Source: Eutreptiella sp. 'Long Island Sound 2002'
Taxonomy: Eukaryota; Protista; Euglenida
DNA: 64,000 nucleotides
NCBI GenBank assembly: GCA_964036045.1
Contig: OZ038378.1
Span: forward strand, 7,874,001 to 7,938,000
Reading direction: 5' to 3'
Position 1 is the stretch's first letter; each line of letters begins with the position of its first letter. The notes beneath the pieces were generated by a model. It was not told the origin of the DNA, made no database searches, and saw only the letters and a program-made list of their open reading frames with translations. Of the stretch, positions 31,258-44,400 are shown piece after piece. The position numbers were made by a program, and so were the translations under genes.

Positions 31258-34200
31258 ACAGGCAATAACACAAAGACATATATTCAGAGGTAGTTCCTAG
31301 ACGCCATTCGTTTTCCAAGGCGAAGGCAAGGATGTGTTAGAAGAGACAACGGCGGGGGGGGGGCTCTGGGACCAATAAATTGGTGTAACCAAAATGGCCC
31401 AACAAGATTTTTCTAATGGTAAGTTTGGTTTTTTCCCACAATGGTGACTTTTTTGGAGGGGGGGGGGGAGGGGGTCCGGGGGATGGAGGGAGGAACCCCC
31501 ATTCAAATTCTACCCTCCAAGTGTGCATTTTGCTGATTGGCAATTGCCTTTACAATTACCTTGCAGCAATTTGCAATTACTTATGTGTTTGCAGCCTAAA
31601 TGCCTGATGGCAATTATTTGATAGCAGCAGCAGATTACAACGGATTACTGCACACTGTCTTCAAGGAAACACATGCAGCAATTTTGTGTGACAGCTAAAT
31701 GTGACCTAAATGCCATCCTATTTGACTATGCTTGCCGAAAACTACTTGCAGCAATTTGTGCAATTCTATGACAGCATATTGCTTATGTGCTTGCATCCTA
31801 AATGCTATTCACGGCAAACCCAATTTGATGGCAGCAGATTGCAGCAGGCTGTTTTCCAGAAAATACTTGCAGCAATTTGTGCAATTCCATGACAGCAAAT
31901 TGGGTTTTTGCTGACAGGATACTGTCTGTAAAACAGTAAGTTGCTGCTGGTTGATTGGAATATGCGTCCCCGGGTATTTCAAAATTGTGCAAAGCAATTG
32001 GAGTATTTGCTGTAAAGCAATGGTGGCCGAACAGCAAATTATGCAACAGATACTGTTAGGGTACTCCTATGGTTGTCAGCCGTTCTAATACATCCTGGGT
32101 GCACCCGGACCCTCATAAGCACCGAGGGCAGGGCATTGAAGTCGCGAGAGTCCCTGCTTCTACTCAATGGGCGGCCTGAGTTGAGCCGTGAGGGGGATAC
32201 GAACCCTGGCGGGAGCGTAGCATGCACACTAACACGCGCCGTCACACACACCAAGAACGAAAAGACATGCACCGACAATCACACAAAGACATACATTCAG
32301 AAGCAGGTCCTAGATGCCATTCGTTTTCCAAAGGCAGAGGCAAGGATGTGTTAGAAGAGACGATGCCTTGGGGGGGGGGGGTGGGACCAAGAAATTGGTG
32401 TAACCAAAATGGCCCAACAAGATTTTTCTAATGGTAAGTTTGGTTTTTTCCCACAATGGTGACTTTTTTGGAGGGGGGGGGGAAGGGGGTCCGGGGGATG
32501 GAGGGAGGAACCCCCATTCAAATTCTACCCTCCAAGTGTGCATTTTGCTGACTGACAATTGCCTTTACAATTACCTTGCAGCAATTTGCAATTACTTATG
32601 TGTTTGCACCCTAAATGCCTGATGGCAATTATTTGACGGCAGCAGCAGATTACAGCGGATTACTGCACACTGTCTTCAAGGAAACACGTGCAGCAATTTT
32701 GTGTGACAGCTAAATGTGACCTAAATGCCATCCTATTTGACTATGCTTGCCGAAAACTACCTGCAGCAATTTGTGCAATTCTATGACAGCATATTGCTTA
32801 TGTGCTTGCATCCTAAATGCTATTCACGGCAATTCCAATTTGATGGCAGCAGATTGCAGCAGGCTGTTTTCCAGAAAATACTTGCAGCAATTTGTGCAAT
32901 TCCATGACAGCAAATTGGGTTTTTGCTGACAGGATACTGTCTGTAAAACAGTAAGTTGCTGCTGGTTGATTGGAATATGCGTCCACGGGTATTTCGAAAT
33001 TGTGCAAAGAAAACTACTTGCAGCAATTTGTGCAATTCTATGACAGCATGTTGCTTATGTGCTTGCATCCTAAATGATATTCACGGCAATTCCAATTTGA
33101 TGGCAGCAGATTGCAGCAGGCTGTTTTCCAGAAAATACTTGCAGCAATTTGTGCAATTCCATGACAGCAAATTGGGTTTTTGCTGACAGGATACTGTCTG
33201 TAAAACAGTAAGTTGCTGCTGGTTGATTGGAATATGCGTCCACGGGTATTTCGAAATTGTGCAAAGAAAACTACTTGCAGCAATTTGTGCAATTCTATGA
33301 CAGCATGTTGCTTATGTGCTTGCATCCTAAATGATATTCACGGCAATTCCAATTTGATGGCAGCAGATTGCAGCAGGCTGTTTTCCAGAAAATTTGTGCA
33401 ATTCCATGACAGCATGACAGCAAATTGTTCTTTTGCTAACAGGATACTGTCTGTAAAACAGTAAGTTGCTGCTGGTTGATCGGAATATGCGTCCCCGGGT
33501 ATTTCAAAATTGTGCAAAGCAATTGGAGTATTTGCTGTAAAGCAATGGTGGCCGAACAGCAAATTATGCAACAGATACTGTTAGGGTACTCCTATGGTTG
33601 TCAGCCGTTCTAATACATCCTGGGTGCACCCGGACCCTCATAAGCACCGAGGGCAGGGCATTGAAGTCGCGAGAGTCCCTGCTTCTACTCAATGGGCGGC
33701 CTGAGTTGAGCCGTGAGGGGGATACGAACCCTGGCGGGAGCGTAGCATGCACACTAACACGCGCCGTCACACACACCAAGAACGAAAATACATGCACCGA
33801 CAATCACACAAAGACATACATTCAGAAGCAGTTCCTAGATGCCATTTGTTTTCCAAAGGCAGAGGCAAGGATGTGTTAGAAGAGACGATGCCTTGGGGGG
33901 GGGGGGGGGGACCAAGAAATTGGTGTAACCAAAATGGCCCAACAAGATTTTTCTAATGGTAAGTTTGGTTTTTTCCCACAATGGTGACTTTTTTGGAGGG
34001 GGGGGGGAAGGGGGTCCGGGGGATGGAGGGAGGAACCCCCATTCAAATTCTACCCTCCAAGTGTGCATTTTGCTGACTGACAATTGCCTTTACAATTACC
34101 TTGCAGCAATTTGCAATTACTTATGCGTTTGCAGCCTAAATGCCTGATGGCAATTATTTGACGGCAGCAGCAGATTACAGCGGATTACTGCACACTGTCT

Positions 34201-37200
34201 TCAAGGAAACACGTGCAGCAATTTTGTGTGACAGCTAAATGTGACCTAAATGCCATCCTATTTGACTATGCTTGCCGAAAACTACTTGCAGCAATTTGTG
34301 CAATTCTATGACAGCATATTGCTTATGTGCTTGCATCCTAAATGCTATTCACGGCAATTCCAATTTGATGGCAGCAGATTGCAGCAGGCTGTTTCCCAGA
34401 AAATACTTGTAGCAATTTGTGCAATTCCATGACAGCAAATTGGGTTTTTGCTGACAGGATACTGTCTGTAAAACAGTAAGTTGCTGCTGGTTGATTGGAA
34501 TATGCGTCCACGGGTATTTCGAAATTGTGCAAAGAAAACTACTTGCAGCAATTTGTGCAATTCTATGACAGCATGTTGCTTATGTGCTTGCATCCTAAAT
34601 GCTATTCACGGCAATTCCAATTTGATGGCAGCAGATTGCAGCAGGCTGTTTTCCAGAAAATACTTGCAGCAATTTGTGCAATTCCATGACAGCAAATTGG
34701 GTTTTTGCTGACAGGATACTGTCTGTAAAACAGTAAGTTGCTGCTGGTTGATCGGAATATGCGTCCACTGGTATTTCGAAATTGTGCAAAGAAAACTACT
34801 TGCAGCAATTTGTGCAATTCTATGACAGCATATTGCTTATGTGCTTGCATCCTAAATGATATTCACGGCAATTCCAATTTGATGGCAGCAGATTGCAGCA
34901 GGCTGTTTTCCAGAAAATACTTGCAGCAATTTGTGCAATTCCATGACAGCAAATTGTTCTTTTGCTGACAGGATACTGTCTGTAAAACAGTAAGTTGCTG
35001 CTGGTTGATTGGAATATGCGTCCACGGGTATTTCGAAATTGTGCAAAGAAAACTACTTGCAGCAATTTGTGCAATTCTATGACAGCATATTGCTTATGTG
35101 CTTGCATCCTAAATGATATTCACGGCAATTCTGATTTGATGGCAGCAGATTGCAGCAGGCTGTTTTCCAGAAAATACTTGTAGCAATTTGTGCAATTCCA
35201 TGACAGCAAATTGGGTTTTTGCTGACAGGATACTGTCTGTAAAACAGTAAGTTGCTGCTGGTTGATCGGAATATGCGTCCACTGGTATTTCGAAATTGTG
35301 CAAGGAAAACTACTTGCAGCAATTTGTGCAATTCTATGACAGCATATTGCTTATGTGCTTGCATCCTAAATGCTATTCACGGCAATTCCAATTTGATGGC
35401 AGCAGATTGCAGCAGGCTGTTTTCCAGAAAATTTGTGCAATTCCATGACAGCATGACAGCAAATTGTTCTTTTGCTAACAGGATACTGTCTGTAAAACAG
35501 TAAGTTGCTGCTGGTTGATCGGAATATGCGTCCCCGGGTATTTCAAAATTGTGCAAAGCAATTGGAGTATTTGCTGTAAAGCAATGGTGGCCGAACAGCA
35601 AATTATGCAACAGATACTGTTAGGGTACTCCTATGGTTGTCAGCCGTTCTAATACATCCTGGGTGCACCCGGACCCTCATAAGCACCGAGGGCAGGGCAT
35701 TGAAGTCGCGAGAGTCCCTGCTTCTACTCAATGGGCGGCCTGAGTTGAGCCGTGAGGGGGATACGAACCCTGGCGGGAGCGTAGCATGCACACTAACACG
35801 CGCCGTCACACACACCAAGAACGAAAATACATGCACCGACAATCACACAAAGACATACATTCAGAAGCAGTTCCTAGATGCCATTTGTTTTCCAAAGGCA
35901 GAGGCAAGGATGGTTAGAAGAGACGATGCCTTGGGGGGGGGGGGGGACCAAGAAATTGGTGTAACCAAAATGGCCCAACAAGATTTTTCTAATGGTAAGT
36001 TTGGTTTTTTCCCACAATGGTGACTTTTTTGGAGGGGGGGGGGGAAGGGGGTCCGGGGGATGGAGGGAGGAACCCCCATTCAAATTCTACCCTCCAAGTG
36101 TGCATTTTGCTGACTGACAATTGCCTTTACAATTACCTTGCAGCAATTTGCAATTACTTATGCGTTTGCAGCCTAAATGCCTGATGGCAATTATTTGACG
36201 GCAGCAGCAGATTACAGCGGATTACTGCACACTGTCTTCAAGGAAACACGTGCAGCAATTTTGTGTGACAGCTAAATGTGACCTAAATGCCATCCTATTT
36301 GACTATGCTTGCCGAAAACTACCTGCAGCAATTTGTGCAATTCTATGACAGCATATTGCTTATGTGCTTGCATCCTAAATGCTATTCACGGCAATTCCAA
36401 TTTGATGGCAGCAGATTGCAGCAGGCTGTTTTCCAGAAAATTTGTGCAATTCCATGACAGCATGATAGCAAATTGTTCTTTTGCTAACAGGATACTGTCT
36501 GTAAAACAGTAAGTTGCTGCTGGTTGATCGGAATATGCGTCCCCGGGTATTTCAAAATTGTGCAAAGCAATTGGAGTATTTGCTGTAAAGCAATGGTGGC
36601 CGAACAGCAAATTATGCAACAGATACTGTTAGGGTACTCCTATGGTTGTCAGCCGTTCTAATACATCCTGGGTGCACCCGGACCCTCATAAGCACCGAGG
36701 GCAGGGCATTGAAGTCGCGAGAGTCCCTGCTTCTACTCAATGGGCGGCCTGAGTTGAGCCGTGAGGGGGATACGAACCCTGGCGGGAGCGTAGCATGCAC
36801 ACTAACACGCGCCGTCACACACACCAAGAACGAAAATACATGCGCCGACAATCACACAAAGACATACATTCAGAAGCAGTTCCTAGATGCCATTTGTTTT
36901 CCAAAGGCAGAGGCAAGGATGGTTAGAAGAGACGATGCCTTGGGGGGGGGGGGGGGGACCAAGAAATTGGTGTAACCAAAATGGCCCAACAAGATTTTTC
37001 TAATGGTAAGTTTGGTTTTTTCCCACAATGGTGACTTTTTTGGAGGGGGGGGGGAAGGGGGTCCGGGGGATGGAGGGAGGAACCCCCATTCAAATTCTAC
37101 CCTCCAAGTGTGCATTTTGCTGACTGACAATTGCCTTTACAATTACCTTGCAGCAATTTGCAATTACTTATGCGTTTGCAGCCTAAATGCCTGATGGCAA

Positions 37201-40200
37201 TTATTTGACGGCAGCAGCAGATTACAGCGGATTACTGCACACTGTCTTCAAGGAAACACGTGCAGCAATTTTGTGTGACAGCTAAATGTGACCTAAATGC
37301 CATCCTATTTGACTATGCTTGCCGAAAACTACTTGCAGCAATTTGTGCAATTCTATGACAGCATATTGCTTATGTGCTTGCATCCTAAATGCTATTCACG
37401 GCAATTCCAATTTGATGGCAGCAGATTGCAGCAGGCTGTTTCCCAGAAAATACTTGTAGCAATTTGTGCAATTCCATGACAGCAAATTGGGTTTTTGCTG
37501 ACAGGATACTGTCTGTAAAACAGTAAGTTGCTGCTGGTTGATTGGAATATGCGTCCACGGGTATTTCGAAATTGTGCAAAGAAAACTACTTGCAGCAATT
37601 TGTGCAATTCTATGACAGCATGTTGCTTATGTGCTTGCATCCTAAATGATATTCACGGCAATTCCAATTTGATGGCAGCAGATTGCAGCAGGCTGTTTTC
37701 CAGAAAATACTTGTAGCAATTTGTGCAATTCCATGACAGCAAATTGGGTTTTTGCTGACAGGATACTGTCTGTAAAACAGTAAGTTGCTGCTGGTTGATC
37801 GGAATATGCGTCCACGGGTATTTCGAAATTGTGCAAAGAAAACTACTTGCAGCAATTTGTGCAATTCTATGACAGCACATTGCTTATGTGCTTGCATCCT
37901 AAATGATATTCACGGCAATTCCAATTTGATGGCAGCAGATTGCAGCAGGCTGTTTTCCAGAAAATACTTGCAGCAATTTGTGCAATTCCATGACAGCAAA
38001 TTGGGTTTTTGCTGACAGGATACTGTCTGTAAAACAGTAAGTTGCTGCTGGTTGATTGGAATATGCGTCCACGGGTATTTCGAAATTGTGCAAAGAAAAC
38101 TACTTGCAGCAATTTGTGCAATTCTATGACAGCATATTGCTTATGTGCTTGCATCCTAAATGATATTCACGGCAATTCTGATTTGATGGCAGCAGATTGC
38201 AGCAGGCTGTTTCCCAGAAAATACTTGTAGCAATTTGTGCAATTCCATGACAGCAAATTGGGTTTTTGCTGACAGGATACTGTCTGTAAAACAGTAAGTT
38301 GCTGCTGGTTGATCGGAATATGCGTCCACTGGTATTTCGAAATCGTGCAAGGAAAACTACCTGCAGCAATTTGTGCAATTCTATGACAGCATATTGCTTA
38401 TGTGCTTGCATCCTAAATGCTATTCACGGCAATTCCAATTTGATGGCAGCAGATTGCAGCAGGCTGTTTTCCAGAAAATACTTGTAGCAATTTGTGCAAT
38501 TCCATGACAGCAAATTGGGTTTTTGCTGACAGGATACTGTCTGTAAAACAGTAAGTTGCTGCTGGTTGATTGGAATATGCGTCCACGGGTATTTCGAAAT
38601 TGTGCAAAGAAAACTACTTGCAGCAATTTGTGCAATTCTATGACAGCATGTTGCTTATGTGCTTGCATCCTAAATGATATTCACGGCAATTCCAATTTGA
38701 TGGCAGCAGATTGCAGCAGGCTGTTTTCCAGAAAATACTTGTAGCAATTTGTGCAATTCCATGACAGCAAATTGGGTTTTTGCTGACAGGATACTGTCTG
38801 TAAAACAGTAAGTTGCTGCTGGTTGATTGGAATATGCGTCCACGGGTATTTCGAAATTGTGCAAAGAAAACTACTTGCAGCAATTTGTGCAATTCTATGA
38901 CAGCATGTTGCTTATGTGCTTGCATCCTAAATGATATTCACGGCAATTCCAATTTGATGGCAGCAGATTGCAGCAGGCTGTTTTCCAGAAAATACTTGCA
39001 GCAATTTGTGCAATTCCATGACAGCAAATTGGGTTTTTGCTGACAGGATACTGTCTGTAAAACAGTAAGTTGCTGCTGGTTGATTGGAATATGCGTCCAC
39101 GGGTATTTCGAAATTGTGCAAAGAAAACTACTTGCAGCAATTTGTGCAATTCTATGACAGCATATTGCTTATGTGCTTGCATCCTAAATGATATTCACGG
39201 CAATTCTGATTTGATGGCAGCAGATTGCAGCAGGCTGTTTCCCAGAAAATACTTGTAGCAATTTGTGCAATTCCATGACAGCAAATTGGGTTTTTGCTGA
39301 CAGGATACTGTCTGTAAAACAGTAAGTTGCTGCTGGTTGATCGGAATATGCGTCCACTGGTATTTCGAAATCGTGCAAGGAAAACTACCTGCAGCAATTT
39401 GTGCAATTCTATGACAGCATATTGCTTATGTGCTTGCATCCTAAATGCTATTCACGGCAATTCCAATTTGATGGCAGCAGATTGCAGCAGGCTGTTTTCC
39501 AGAAAATTTGTGCAATTCCATGACAGCATGACAGCAAATTGTTCTTTTGCTAACAGGATACTGTCTGTAAAACAGTAAGTTGCTGCTGGTTGATCGGAAT
39601 ATGCGTCCCCGGGTATTTCAAAATTGTGCAAAGCAATTGGAGTATTTGCTGTAAAGCAATGGTGGCCGAACAGCAAATTATGCAACAGATACTGTTAGGG
39701 TACTCCTATGGTTGTCAGCCGTTCTAATACATCCTGGGTGCACCCGGACCCTCATAAGCACCGAGGGCAGGGCATTGAAGTCGCGAGAGTCCCTGCTTCT
39801 ACTCAATGGGCGGCCTGAGTTGAGCCGTGAGGGGGATACGAACCCTGGCGGGAGCGTAGCATGCACACTAACACGCGCCGTCACACACACCAAGAACGAA
39901 AATACATGCACCGACAATCACACAAAGACATACATTCAGAAGCAGTTCCTAGATGCCATTTGTTTTCCAAAGGCAGAGGCAAGGATGGTTAGAAGAGACG
40001 ATGCCTTGGGGGGGGGGGGGGGACCAAGAAATTGGTGTAACCAAAATGGCCCAACAAGATTTTTCTAATGGTAAGTTTGGTTTTTTCCCACAATGGTGAC
40101 TTTTTTGGAGGGGGGGGGGAAGGGGGTCCGGGGGATGGAGGGAGGAACCCCCATTCAAATTCTACCCTCCAAGTGTGCATTTTGCTGACTGACAATTGCC

Positions 40201-41375
40201 TTTACAATTACCTTGCAGCAATTTGCAATTACTTATGCGTTTGCAGCCTAAATGCCTGATGGCAATTATTTGACGGCAGCAGCAGATTACAGCGGATTAC
40301 TGCACACTGTCTTCAAGGAAACACGTGCAGCAATTTTGTGTGACAGCTAAATGTGACCTAAATGCCATCCTATTTGACTATGCTTGCCGAAAACTACTTG
40401 CAGCAATTTGTGCAATTCTATGACAGCATATTGCTTATGTGCTTGTATCCTAAATGCTATTCACGGCAATTCCAATTTGATGGCAGCAGATTGCAGCAGG
40501 CTGTTTTCCAGAAAATACTTGTAGCAATTTGTGCAATTCCATGACAGCAAATTGGGTTTTTGCTGACAGGATACTGTCTGTAAAACAGTAAGTTGCTGCT
40601 GGTTGATTGGAATATGCGTCCACGGGTATTTCGAAATTGTGCAAAGAAAACTACTTGCAGCAATTTGTGCAATTCTATGACAGCATGTTGCTTATGTGCT
40701 TGCATCCTAAATGATATTCACGGCAATTCCAATTTGATGGCAGCAGATTGCAGCAGGCTGTTTTCCAGAAAATACTTGCAGCAATTTGTGCAATTCCATG
40801 ACAGCAAATTGGGTTTTTGCTGACAGGATACTGTCTGTAAAACAGTATGTTGCTGCTGAATTCTATGACAGCATATTGCTTATGTGCTTGCATCCTAAAT
40901 GCTATTCACGGCAATTCCAATTTGATGGCAGCAGATTGCAGCAGGCTGTTTTCCAGAAAATTTGCGCAATTCCATGACAGCATGACAGCAAATTGTTCTT
41001 TTGCTAACAGGATACTGTCTGTAAAACAGTAAGTTGCTGCTGGTTGATCGGAATATGCGTCCCCGGGTATTTCAAAATTGTGCAAAGCAATTGGAGTATT
41101 TGCTGTAAAGCAATGGTGGCCGAACAGCAAATTATGCAACAGATACTGTTAGGGTACTCCTATGGTTGTCAGCCGTTCTAATACATCCTGGGTGCACCCG
41201 GACCCTCATAAGCACCGAGGGCAGGGCATTGAAGTCGCGAGAGTCCCTGCTTCTACTCAATGGGCGGCCTGAGTTGAGCCGTGAGGGGGATACGAACCCT
41301 GGCGGGAGCGTAGCATGCACACTAACACGCGCCGTCACACACACCAACAACGAAAACACGCGCGCCGACAATCGC
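31258..41375. repeat. Higher-order tandem array: six ~1.01-kb units containing 1, 3, 5, 1, 9 and 3 copies of a 257-bp subrepeat (122-bp A half plus 135-bp B half)
   Basis: Unit spacings are about 1015, 1525, 2039, 1009, 3066 and 1454 bp, which equal 1011 + n x 257 (the last unit has a ~71-bp deletion). The 257-bp periodicity is also visible in the ORF track. Confidence 0.95.
32065..32228 (-). other. Exon-like GC-rich segment repeated six times (also 33590-33753, 35629-35792, 36638-36801, 39704-39867, 41158-41321)
   Basis: Acceptor gcgtgttag|T. Only one minus frame is open: VHATLPPGFVSPSRLNSGRPLSRSRDSRDFNALPSVLMRVRVHPGCIRTADNHR. Candidate donor A|GTACCC sits at the satellite boundary. Phase fits the upstream exon 41486-41550. 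Confidence 0.45.
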
Positions 41376-41485
41376 AAACACACACGACTGCACGCACATC
41401 CGCGCGGACAACACCGCAGACCCACACACATAAATGCAGTGACGGATCCACAGAGGCAAACAGCACGCACGTGGGCGGAACACAC

Positions 41486-44400
41486 GTTGGTGCTTTCGGG
41501 CTTGCAAAGCGAGGCCGGGGCGCACTCTTTCGAGGCTCGGACGTTGGCATCTGTGGAAACGCAGACCCACACGTCCCGTGGTATTTGGGGAGAGGCTGTG
41601 AGAGGCCACTTGTGGTCGGGCGGGGCACAGGCTGTTGCACTTCAAATTTGGTGCGAAGCAGCAAACACATGACACAGGGGCGGGATTGTGGGGATTGACG
41701 GCACAGAGTGTGTGTAGAGTTGCATTGGCAGTGGGCTGGTCATGAGCCTGCCCCACCACTCCATAAGGCACTCGTTCGACATGAAGCCCCCCCAAAAACG
41801 AACTCCTAAAGGTCTGGGCACTCACTGCCTGGTACCTGTGTTGATGCGCCTTGATCTTTGTTGGTTCGTGGTGATCTGTGTGGTGTGTTGCGCAGAAGAG
41901 GGGGGGGGGGGGGGTGCCATCAAGGCTGAGTGTGCCGCTTGGTGCAGTCGGATGTACGCACTGGTGTGAGTTTTGAGGAGGAAGGATTGCACAGTGCTGG
42001 CCCACAGACGGTGTGTAAACGAATTTTCAGGCGGCGAGAGTGGGACAGTCGTCTCTCTGGTCACAGGTGCTGCTTCTGCCCCTCGGCGCCCCTGCCACGC
42101 CGGCGTTGGCCATGCTGCACATTCACAGAAAGCAAGGGCGAAGGTGACGGACGAGGCGAGACAGGAGGGGGGAATGCAGGGGATGCTCTTTGGGAGATCC
42201 GGCGGGGGGGGGGGGGGCAGGGCATAAAGGCTGCGTACGTGTGCCCGTTGGTGCTTCGGGTGCACGCACCGGTCTGGGTTTTCAGGGGGCGTTTGTCCGA
42301 GTCGCTTGTTCGTGCACAGGGATGGTCATTTGAGGTGATCACAATATCAAAAAAATAAGTTTCGGAACCTTCGATTTTCGAGCTGTATAGGCTGAAAAAA
42401 GTGCATAAGCAAGTTGTGTACCAGTCACATTGGAACCCCCCCACCCCCCGCACCAAATACCCAAATAGGGTGAAAACACATAAATACGGCCTAAAACATG
42501 CTTTACGTATCTTGGATGGGAGGGGGCTGACGCCGTCCTCACTCAAACACTTGTGTGCTTCTTACGTTCCTTGCATGTTCCAGACTTACCTTTGGCCGGC
42601 CATCAGGCGCACAGCGATCAGCGTTCCTGCCCTCCCTCATGCCCTTGTTCCTCGCCCCCCTCGCCCACCACGGCACTGGACGAAGCGCAGCACCCACCCC
42701 TCGCCCTCTGTTCAGGGGCTTCCTGCCGCCGGGGGCTACATGCACTTTGCAGGGCCACTCTCCATCCCTAACCACTCCTCCTCCCCTGTTCCCCTGTGCT
42801 GCCTCCGGCGGGAGTGAACGTTTTTTGAGGAGGAGTTCTGTTCGGCCCTGTCCCTTGTTGTGATTCCGTGGTTTGTTTACGAAGGATTTGGGTGTGGGAG
42901 GCGTCACAAAGACAAAATGAAAAAAAAAATTTCCCCGCAACTAATGTACGATCAAAATGGTTCAGTTTTGGGGATGTGGGGAGTCATATTCGCCCCCCCC
43001 CCCCCCCCTCCGAGGCCTTGTGCCAAACCCCCGACCCTCGCGACCGGACCCAGCAGCCCATAGTCCCTTTGGGAGGTCAGTCCCCGTCCCCCGAGCCCTG
43101 AAGGGGAGGGGGGCTGGGTCTGACAGGGGGGCTACGACCTCCCCCGTGTGCAACCCTTTTCCATTCTGCCCCCGGCGATCAGTGTGTTCAGTTGACCCCT
43201 TGTATCATCGTGGGGGCACCAGGTTCCTACACCCGGGGCGCCTGGCAGCCGGTCCGCATTGATAGGTTTTGGCCTAATCTCAGGGAGAAGGGCATTCTTT
43301 GTGGAATAGGGGGGAGGGGCGAGGAGTGGGAGGCACCTAGAGAAAGGTCTGGGGAATAAAGAAGAATGACAGATCCCAGAAAAGATGTGCGCTCGGACCC
43401 GAATTTCCGGCGCACGCCCGCTGCCGCGTTTTGTGCACACAAGAAAAGGCGGCTCTGGAACATGGCAGGCACTGAACTTCGACCCGACGTGCACGCTTTC
43501 GGCCCGTGGCCAGGCCACTTTGCGGTGTTGTTGCCTCTCGTTTGGAGAACCCTAACCCTAACCTGGCGGTTGAAGAGGCGGTTGGTGACATCGGGCGGTT
43601 ACAAAACGGTTGGACAGCGATTGGCGACGACCAGTGGTGAGTGTAGCAGCAGCCCTCCTCCGTCCCAAGGGGAGGGCCCCGGCAAGCGGAGGCCCGGGGC
43701 TGGCAGAGGTGCGTACCTTGTTGGGCGACGGCTGGCGCCTCTCGGGAGAGTGGGGCACGGGCTGGGGCGTGGGCGCCCACTGCGGGCCGGGGCTCACCGC
43801 TGCCGGGGCTCTGCAAGGCCACCCATTTGCTGATGACAGGGATGCGGAGCGGTGGTGAAGGACGCGCCTCGGGGGCGGTGCAGCTTTGGGATGTGGGCAT
43901 TGCGAGGGGGAGGGTGGCAGGCACAGGGCAGAGGAAGGCGCAGCGCAGGGCCGGAGGGGCGCAGCACAGCAAAACAGATGTGGCGGATCAGGACCGGACT
44001 TGTAATCCCCTCCCCCCGGACGGGGAAACTGTACGGGCCACCGTACGGGGCAAAACGGGGAATCCGGGATTCTGGTCGCCGGGGGGGGGGGGGGGTTGAC
44101 TTGGAGCTACCGCTTGGCCGGACAAGCGGCGACAAGCGTCGTCATGCGGGCCCCCAATGAGGCTGTGCTTACTGAAGGGTCGGGCACAATGATCCATTGA
44201 ACTGTGACCCGCCCGTACACCAGCACGGTCTGAGCTAAGGCGAGTCCAGGCGACGTCTGATGGTCGTTGTTCCGACCGCAGGTTTTGCAGTCAAGCGCGC
44301 AGGATGACGTGTTTGTCAGCCGGTGCCGAGGGAGGGACCGCGGGCAAGGGCGACTCTTCTTGGGGACAAGCGGGGACAGGCAGCACTCTATTGGGTCGCA

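Noticed and set aside
32030-32050. Sm-site-like GCATAATTTG suggesting an snRNA or SL RNA gene array
   Set aside because: The motif is a degenerate piece of the satellite head. I could not recognise any U1-U6, SL or 5S sequence in the unit.
32160-32230. tRNA/SINE-like element suggested by a GGGTTCGTATCCCC B-box-like motif on the minus strand
   Set aside because: No cloverleaf can be folded (the T-stem is only 3 bp, with no D or acceptor stems) and there is no A-box at the proper distance.
31739-41000. CRISPR-like pattern: a ~38-bp direct repeat separated by 84-97 bp intervals
   Set aside because: The intervening sequences are just two alternating, near-identical types (A and B), not unique spacers. 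There are no cas genes and the context is eukaryotic.
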